From Chloroflexota bacterium (GTDB lineage Bacteria; Chloroflexota; UBA11872; VXOZ01), in NCBI GenBank assembly GCA_963663275.1, contig OY760183.1, forward strand, positions 3,008,001-3,072,000: DNA of 64,000 nt. Direction: 5' to 3'. Below are positions 57,883 to 64,000 of this stretch, in pieces (position 1 is the stretch's first letter; each line of letters opens with the position of its first letter). The notes beneath the pieces were generated by a model, which saw only the letters and a list, made by a program, of their open reading frames with translations, did not search any database and was not told the origin of the DNA. The translations under genes and the position numbers were made by a program.

Positions 57883-59031
57883 ATGGTCCAAGGGGCGTTA
57901 CCGCTCTTTCGTCTGGCGGGCATCGCGGTGCGCCTCCATTACACGTGGTTCCTGGCATTCTTCCTGATCGCCTGGTCGCTGCCGCGCGCGGTCTTTCCCC
58001 TTGGCTATCCGGGTTGGTCCGAGGCCAACTATTGGGTCGCGGGCAGCGCGGCGGCGCTGCTACTCTTCGCGTCGGTGCTGTTTCACGAGTTCGCGCACTC
58101 GTTCATGGCGCTCGCGCGCGGTTTGAAGGTAGATAGCATCACGCTCTTCGTGTTTGGCGGCGCCGCCGCGCTCACGTCCGAGCCGCGGCGGCCAAGCGAC
58201 GAATTTCTCATCGCCGTGGTCGGACCCGCCAGCAGCCTGCTCCTGGCCGTCGTCTTCTTCATACTCAGCGGCCTCATTCCCCTGGACGTGCCGGCGCGCG
58301 CGCTCGCCATCTACCTAGCGCTGGCGAACGGCGGCCTTGCCGTTTTCAACTTGCTGCCCGGCTTTCCGCTGGACGGCGGCCGGTTGTTCCGCTCCATCGT
58401 CTGGGCGGTTACCGGCAGCATGAAGAAGGGGACAACCATTGCCACCATTGTGGGGCAGGTCTTCGCCTTCGGCCTCATCGCTCTAGGCATCTACCTGGTC
58501 TTCAACGGCGGCCTCCTGTTCGGTATCTGGAATATCTTCATCGGCTGGTTCCTGAATGGCGCCGCCGCCGCCAATCGCCGCCAGATGACGCAGGACGAGG
58601 CGCTGCGCGGCATCGACGCCGCCAGCCTCATGCGCGCCAATCCACCTGTGGCGCATCCCGACGAGACGATGGACAGTGTGGTGCTGACCATGCTCGCCGA
58701 TGAAGGCGTCCGCGCCCTGCCGGTGGTGCGGGAGGGCCAGGTGGCGGGCATCATCACCATCAGCGACGTGCGCGGCGTGCGCCAAACCGACTGGTACCGC
58801 ACACCCGCGGCCCGCGTCATGACGCCCGCGCCGCTCGTCACCGTGGCGCCAAACGAACCTATCCTGCGCGTCTTCGAACTGCTGGAAGAACATCACATCC
58901 ACCACGTGCTCGTAATGGACGGCAGCGCCCTGGCGGGCGTGCTGAGCCGGAGCGACATGGTACGCTGGCTCGAACTTTCCGGTTCGCCGGCGGCCAACAG
59001 CCCACACGCCCGGCGGGAGAGAGAGCGCTAG
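57883..59031 (+). CDS. Site-2 protease (M50) with tandem CBS domains
   Basis: HEFAH, FNLLPGFPLDGG, two CBS repeats. Confidence 0.93.
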   Translation: MVQGALPLFRLAGIAVRLHYTWFLAFFLIAWSLPRAVFPLGYPGWSEANYWVAGSAAALLLFASVLFHEFAHSFMALARGLKVDSITLFVFGGAAALTSEPRRPSDEFLIAVVGPASSLLLAVVFFILSGLIPLDVPARALAIYLALANGGLAVFNLLPGFPLDGGRLFRSIVWAVTGSMKKGTTIATIVGQVFAFGLIALGIYLVFNGGLLFGIWNIFIGWFLNGAAAANRRQMTQDEALRGIDAASLMRANPPVAHPDETMDSVVLTMLADEGVRALPVVREGQVAGIITISDVRGVRQTDWYRTPAARVMTPAPLVTVAPNEPILRVFELLEEHHIHHVLVMDGSALAGVLSRSDMVRWLELSGSPAANSPHARRERER

Positions 59032-59166
59032 CCCGCGCGCCGGTCGCTACGGCAGAAAAGAGAGTTCCGCCACCGTCCGGCGGCGCGCGCGTCAGCCGGG
59101 CGTACCGCCGGCCGGGCCAGGCGCAGGCTAGGCAATGTCAACCACGCACCAACGGGAGTACATCAC

Positions 59167-60765
59167 ATGAGCAGCGAAACCGGCCTTCTGGCGCACTGGA
59201 AGTTCAATGGCGACTGCCGGGACTCATCCGGCAACGGCAACCACGCCACCAACCGGGGCGCGGATCTCGCCGCCCTGGGACGCGACGGCAATGCCTACGG
59301 CGCAGCGCGCTTCGACGGCCGCGCCGCTTATGTGGAAGCGCCACACAGCGACTCGCTGGCCCTCGGCGGCGGCGATTTCACGCTCTCCGCCTGGGTGCAA
59401 CTGCCGCCCGACGGCGCGAACCTGCACGGCGACATCATCAGCAAGTACGATCCCGCCACCCGCAGCGGCCTGAACTTCGGCACGCTAAACTACGCCGGGG
59501 TCACCGCCGCCCAGGCCCATCACCGCAACCTGCACTTCGGCATCGACGACGGCGCGCAAACGCCGCCATGGGCAGACTGCGGCCGGCCGGGCAACAACCT
59601 GCGCGTCTACTCCCTGGCCGTCTACAACGGCGAACTCTACACCGGCACCTTCGAGTGGGGCGCGGACGAGGCCGGGCACGTGTACCGCTACGCGGGCGGC
59701 GAGACCTGGGAAGATTGCGGCAGTCCGGACACGTGCAATACCGTGGCGTCGCTGGCCGTGTTCAGGGGCGAACTCTACGCCGGCACGTCCCGCTATAAAG
59801 CCGGCGGCTCCGCGCTGGAAGACTCGCCGAACAAGCACCCCGGCGGCGCAATCTACCGCTACCGGGGGGACGCGGCCTGGGAGTACTGCGGGCGCTTGGA
59901 AGGCGCGGATTCCATCGCCGGCATGGCCGTGTACAACGGCGAACTCTACGCCATACCGCTCTACAGCCAGGGTGTCTTCCGCTACCTGGGCGGGCAGGAC
60001 TGGGCATACTGCGGCACGCCCGGCCGCCGCATGATGGCAATCACCGTCTTCAAAGGGCATCTCTACGGCGCGGGCAACGAAGGCGGCGGCGTCTTCCGCT
60101 ACGACGGCGGCGCCGACTGGACGCCCTGCGGCTTTCAGGAAGGCGTCACCCAGGTGTACTCCTTTGCCGCCTACCGGGGCGACCTCTACGTGGGCACGTG
60201 GCCCAACGGCACGGTCTTTCGCTGGGACGGCCGGGAAACGTGGGAGAGCGTGGGCCGCCTGGATGACGAGAAGGAAGTGATGGCCATGGCGGTGTACAAC
60301 GGCAAGCTCTACGCAGGCACGCTGCCGCTGGCGAACGTCTATCGCTACGAGGGCGGGACAACCTGGACGAACACCGGACAACTGGACACCACGCCGGACG
60401 TAAAATACCGGCGGGTTTGGTCGATGGCAATCTATCGGGGCAAACTCTTCGGGGGCACGCTGCCGTCGGGCCGGGTCTACGCCCTGCAAGCCGGCGCGAA
60501 CGTAACCTACGAACACGCCCTGGCGCCGGGCTGGCGGCACCTGGCCGCAGTGAGGGAGTCCGACCGGCTGCGGCTCTACGTAGACGGCGCGCCGGTGGCC
60601 ATTTCTGACGAATCGGCCCGCGTTCCTCCCGACATCGCGAACTCCCAACCGCTGCGCATCGGCTTCGGCCAGCACACCCACTTCAACGGCAGCATGGCCG
60701 ACGTGCGCGTGCATGGCCGCGCCCTCAGTACGGAGGATATCGCCGCGCTTCAGCAAGCGCCTTAG
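59167..60765 (+). CDS. LamG-like jelly-roll interrupted by a 7-bladed beta-propeller
   Basis: LAHWKF..DSSGNGNH..FTLSAWV; seven LAVY.G.LY.GT..VYRY.G...W..CG repeats; WRHLAAV..LYVDG..F.G..ADVRV. Confidence 0.75.
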   Translation: MSSETGLLAHWKFNGDCRDSSGNGNHATNRGADLAALGRDGNAYGAARFDGRAAYVEAPHSDSLALGGGDFTLSAWVQLPPDGANLHGDIISKYDPATRSGLNFGTLNYAGVTAAQAHHRNLHFGIDDGAQTPPWADCGRPGNNLRVYSLAVYNGELYTGTFEWGADEAGHVYRYAGGETWEDCGSPDTCNTVASLAVFRGELYAGTSRYKAGGSALEDSPNKHPGGAIYRYRGDAAWEYCGRLEGADSIAGMAVYNGELYAIPLYSQGVFRYLGGQDWAYCGTPGRRMMAITVFKGHLYGAGNEGGGVFRYDGGADWTPCGFQEGVTQVYSFAAYRGDLYVGTWPNGTVFRWDGRETWESVGRLDDEKEVMAMAVYNGKLYAGTLPLANVYRYEGGTTWTNTGQLDTTPDVKYRRVWSMAIYRGKLFGGTLPSGRVYALQAGANVTYEHALAPGWRHLAAVRESDRLRLYVDGAPVAISDESARVPPDIANSQPLRIGFGQHTHFNGSMADVRVHGRALSTEDIAALQQAP

Positions 60766-60797
60766 ACCCTGCTAACGATCGTTTGTCCGCACGAGGG

Positions 60798-60873
60798 TCG
60801 TTCGCCCTGAGCCTGTCGAAGGGTGAGTGGAGCCGCCGCTAAATCCCCGGTAGCGCAGGTTTGCAACCTGCGC
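60798..60873. repeat. Single family-B and family-C palindromes between convergent genes
   Basis: CGTTCGCCCTGAGCCTGTCGAAG and GTAGCGCAGGTTTGCAACCTGCG. Confidence 0.75.
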
Positions 60874-60923
60874 AAACCCGTTTGCGGTTCTTTCCCCGGC
60901 GCCATTACCCTGAACGGCGCACG

Positions 60924-61649
60924 TCAGATGCGCAGCGTCTCCCCCGGCCGCAGCGCGCAGATTTCCAGATTGCTAATATCCCGCGCCGCGGCCTGGAACG
61001 CTTCCGGCGTCCCCGTGAGCAGGGGAAAGGTGCCGTAGTGGCACGGAATCACCCGCTTCACGCCAAGCAGCCGGCAGGCTTCCGCCGCGTCGTCCGGCCC
61101 CATGGTGAAGTGGTCGCCGATGGGCAGGAGCGCCGCGTCGGGCCGGTAGCGGCGGCCGATCAAGGCCATGTCGCCAAAGAGCGCCGTATCCCCGGCGACA
61201 TAGAGCCGCAGTCCGGTGGAAAACGTCACCACGTAGCCGACGCTCTCGCCCGCCGGGATGAGCGTGTCGCCGTCCATGATGGTGCTGGTGTGTTCGGCGT
61301 GCACCATCATCACGGCAAGGCCCGCCGCGTGAATCGTGCCGCCCTTGTTCATCCCCACAATGTTCGCGACTCCTTGCTCTGCCAGCCAGTGGGAGATGTC
61401 GGCCGTCGTCACCACGGCCTCCGGCCGGGCGCGCCGCGCGATGGGCACGGCATCCCCCAGGTGGTCGCCGTGGCCGTGCGTGATGAGAATGACGTCCACA
61501 GTCTCAGGGTCCTTTAGGTCGTCGGGGCACGCCGGATTGCCCGTCAGGAACGGGTCGATGAGCACGACCTTGTTCTCCGGCGTTACGATGCTGAACGCGG
61601 CGTGTCCCAGCCAGGTAATCGCAGTACTGTTCTGGCCCACAATCTCCAC
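60924..61649 (-). CDS. Metal-dependent hydrolase, metallo-beta-lactamase fold (UPF0173-like)
   Basis: WLGHA, IDPFL, THGHGDH, AGDT, LPIG..TM, PCHYGTFP. Confidence 0.92.
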   Translation of the reverse strand: MEIVGQNSTAITWLGHAAFSIVTPENKVVLIDPFLTGNPACPDDLKDPETVDVILITHGHGDHLGDAVPIARRARPEAVVTTADISHWLAEQGVANIVGMNKGGTIHAAGLAVMMVHAEHTSTIMDGDTLIPAGESVGYVVTFSTGLRLYVAGDTALFGDMALIGRRYRPDAALLPIGDHFTMGPDDAAEACRLLGVKRVIPCHYGTFPLLTGTPEAFQAAARDISNLEICALRPGETLRI

Positions 61650-61761
61650 CTCTCTTTCATCTCATACTTGAACGTGCTCTCTTCTCAACCGCAGGCGCCA
61701 GCTTCATCCATCGCATCACGCTGTTGCTACCATTCTAGTGTAGGAGGCAATCGCCAATTGT

Positions 61762-62769
61762 CTACCACACGTCGCCAAAGCGACGCCCGATCCAGCGGAA
61801 GAGGAAGAGAGCGACGAACGTGGCGAGCACGAGCAGCGTTGCCAGGACGATGGCGGTCTGCAGGTCGGATTCCAACGCCGTCATGATCGCCAGCGGCATG
61901 GTCTGGGTGCGGCCGGTGAAGTTTCCGGCAAACATGATGGTAGCGCCGAACTCGCCCAGCGCCCGTGCCCAACTCAGCACGGCGCCGCCCACCAGCGCCG
62001 GCCACGCCAGCGGTACGGTGACGTAGCGCAGCGTCTGCCAGGTCGATGCGCCCAGCGTGACGGCAATTTCCTCCAGTTCCGGGTCGACGCGCGTAAAGCC
62101 GATCTTGGCCGAGCGCACGTAGAAAGGCGCGGCGACGAAGACCTGCGCCAGCACCACCGCCAGCGTCGTAAACGCGATTTCGACGCCCAGCGGATGCAGC
62201 CACTGTCCGACCACGCCCAGACGGCCAAAGACCAGCAGCAGCGCCACACCGACCACCACCGGCGGCAGCGCCAGCGGCACGTCGATGAAGGTATCCAGTA
62301 CCCGCTTGCCGGGAAACGCGCTCCGCGCCAGCAGGTAGGCCGCGGGCGTGCCGACCAGCACGATAATGAGCAGCGACGCCGCGCTGGTGAGGGCGCTGAG
62401 CCGGAGGGCGCTCAGGACAAGCGGCTGCGTGAGTTGGTGGAGCAAGTCTCCCGTCATGACGGCGCGCGCGACCAAGGCGAGCAGCGGCAGGGCCACGAAG
62501 ACCGCCAGGATGAGCGCGGGGACGAGGAAGAGCGTCCGCAGGCCGGTTTCGCGCGCCGCTGGGGAAGCGCGGCTGGATTCCCGCCTGCGCGGGAATGACG
62601 GCGGCTCGGAAGGCTTCTCCGTGGATGATGGCAGCTTGGCAGGATTGTCCTTGGGTGACGGCGCCCTGGCAGGTTTGCCCTTGGGTGACGACGCCTCGGC
62701 TGGCTTCTCCCCGGATGACTGCGGAGACTGCTCGCGGGAGGATTGCGGCGGGGTGGACGCGCGGTTCAT
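61762..62769 (-). CDS. modB: Molybdate ABC transporter permease with repeat-derived N-terminal extension
   Basis: DVPLALPPVVVG.ALL, WARALGEFGAT..FAGN..G.TQTMPLAI; ATGA overlap with modA. Confidence 0.92.
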   Translation of the reverse strand: MNRASTPPQSSREQSPQSSGEKPAEASSPKGKPARAPSPKDNPAKLPSSTEKPSEPPSFPRRRESSRASPAARETGLRTLFLVPALILAVFVALPLLALVARAVMTGDLLHQLTQPLVLSALRLSALTSAASLLIIVLVGTPAAYLLARSAFPGKRVLDTFIDVPLALPPVVVGVALLLVFGRLGVVGQWLHPLGVEIAFTTLAVVLAQVFVAAPFYVRSAKIGFTRVDPELEEIAVTLGASTWQTLRYVTVPLAWPALVGGAVLSWARALGEFGATIMFAGNFTGRTQTMPLAIMTALESDLQTAIVLATLLVLATFVALFLFRWIGRRFGDVW

Positions 62770-63578
62770 GGCGTTCCCGCCGCTTGCAGGCCGGTCTGCC
62801 GCACGATTGCTTGCGCCGCCGGAGACTGCACGAAAGCGATGAAACGGCGCGCGAGCGCCTCCTGTTTAGAGGCCGCAAGCAGGGCGATCGGATACTCCGC
62901 CTTGACGTTGGCGTGCGCCGGAATCTCCAGCGTTGCGATTTCAGCCGTTCCCGCGGCCGCGTCGCTCACGTAGACGATTCCCGCGTCGGCTTCACCCAGC
63001 GCCACCTTGGCGAGCACCTGGCGCACGTTGAGTTCCTCCGACCGCACGTTGGCGCGCACGGCCGCGCCAAACGCGCTGCCGTACGCGGCCTCCGCGCTCA
63101 GATTGGCAAGCATCCGGCGGGTGTAGCGGCCCACGGGCACGTTCTCCTGGCCGATGACGATGCGCACGCCCGGACGCGCCAGGTCGCGCAGCGTGCGCAC
63201 GTCCGCCGGGTTCGCCGCCGGCAGCGCCACGATCAGGCGGTTCTCGGCAAAGATTACGGGGTCATCCGCCAGCAGGTTCATCTCCCGCAGGCGATCCACG
63301 TGTATAGTATCGGCGGCGGCAAAGAGGTCGGCCGCCGCGCCGTGTTCGATCTGCGTGCTGAGCGCCTGCGAGCCGGCGAAGTTGAAAACGACCCGCACAC
63401 CGGCGTGGCGCTCCTCGAACGCCGCGCCGATAGCCGTAAACGCCTCCGTGAGCGATGACGCGGCGTAGACCACGAGGGTCGTCGCCTGCGAGGAACCGCA
63501 ACCCACCGCCAGCACGGGCGTACCGCACAGCAAGCCGATCAAGAGGCACGCCTCCCACAACCGAAACCGGCAAGGCAT
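62766..63578 (-). CDS. modA: Molybdate ABC transporter substrate-binding lipoprotein
   Basis: AVGC lipobox, YAASSL, FAGS..L..QI..GA.ADLF, VPVGRY, GEADAGIVY.SD; start 63578 or 63620. Confidence 0.92.
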   Translation of the reverse strand: MPCRFRLWEACLLIGLLCGTPVLAVGCGSSQATTLVVYAASSLTEAFTAIGAAFEERHAGVRVVFNFAGSQALSTQIEHGAAADLFAAADTIHVDRLREMNLLADDPVIFAENRLIVALPAANPADVRTLRDLARPGVRIVIGQENVPVGRYTRRMLANLSAEAAYGSAFGAAVRANVRSEELNVRQVLAKVALGEADAGIVYVSDAAAGTAEIATLEIPAHANVKAEYPIALLAASKQEALARRFIAFVQSPAAQAIVRQTGLQAAGTP

Positions 63579-63839
63579 GTCTCCGCCTCCGCTGGAACCT
63601 GTGGCTTGTCGGACTCGCATAGTGTCTTCCTGAGCCGGCGCTCGCAGCACGGGAAATCCTTCAGAACGTTGCCCACCGGCGGTACCGGCCAGCGTTCTCT
63701 TGTCCCACGGTGACCCGTAGCGCGGGGGCTCGTCCCCCGCAGCATGGCACAACGACCCAGCATCGTTTCGGACGCGACGCTTAGTAGTATAATAGTGCCA
63801 AATGCAGCGGGCTGCGCATACCGCAAAGGAGAATGCCGC

Positions 63840-64000
63840 GTGGCGATTGTGCTGGACGCAATGGGCGGCGATAAAGCGCCTGAGGCCATCGTCGCCGGAG
63901 CGGTGCAGGCCGCGCGTTCCTCCCCGTTTCCCATCATCCTGGTCGGTCAACAGGACGCGCTGGAGGCGGAACTGGGCGCGCACGACACCGCCGGCCTGCC
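63840..64000 (+). CDS. plsX: Phosphate acyltransferase PlsX, N-terminus (runs off window)
   Basis: GTG after AAAGGAG: [29 protein letters not shown]. Confidence 0.85.
   Translation, partial: MAIVLDAMGGDKAPEAIVAGAVQAARSSPFPIILVGQQDALEAELGAHDTAGL

Noticed and set aside
63580-63720. Moco or cobalamin riboswitch upstream of modA
   Set aside because: Only fragmentary resemblance; consensus elements could not be placed

Overview
GC-rich bacterial chromosomal window, probably Chloroflexota; this is an inference from gene style, leaderless promoters, DegV, the CxxC-x17-CxxC protein and the REP-like repeats. Most of it is housekeeping and metabolic genes: dnaE2 3' end plus SRAP, a GAF kinase/Rcp1-type two-component cluster, mutS, rho, rnhA, iscS-ribD-ribE-ribBA-ribH, selD (a UGA/Sec selenoprotein), degV-tldD-tldE, tRNA-Leu(GAG), tmRNA, modAB and the start of plsX. 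These are interspersed with at least five families of REP-like palindromes, an intact IS4-family element inserted into one of those palindromes, two complete type II TA pairs and three repeat-containing coiled-coil membrane proteins. The most unusual part is a lower-GC islet (~36.1-41.4 kb). It holds (i) a stand-alone Swt1-like HEPN gene behind its own promoter and a ~160-nt self-closing structured RNA with a terminator, and (ii) two diverged copies of a ~135-nt structured 5' leader with an anti-Shine-Dalgarno element. Each leader copy starts at its predicted TSS, and the two head divergent membrane-protein operons, one encoding a superinfection-immunity (Imm)-like protein. A HesB/IscA-like gene may carry a C-terminal selenocysteine. 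All family assignments are by motif recognition only; no database search was run.
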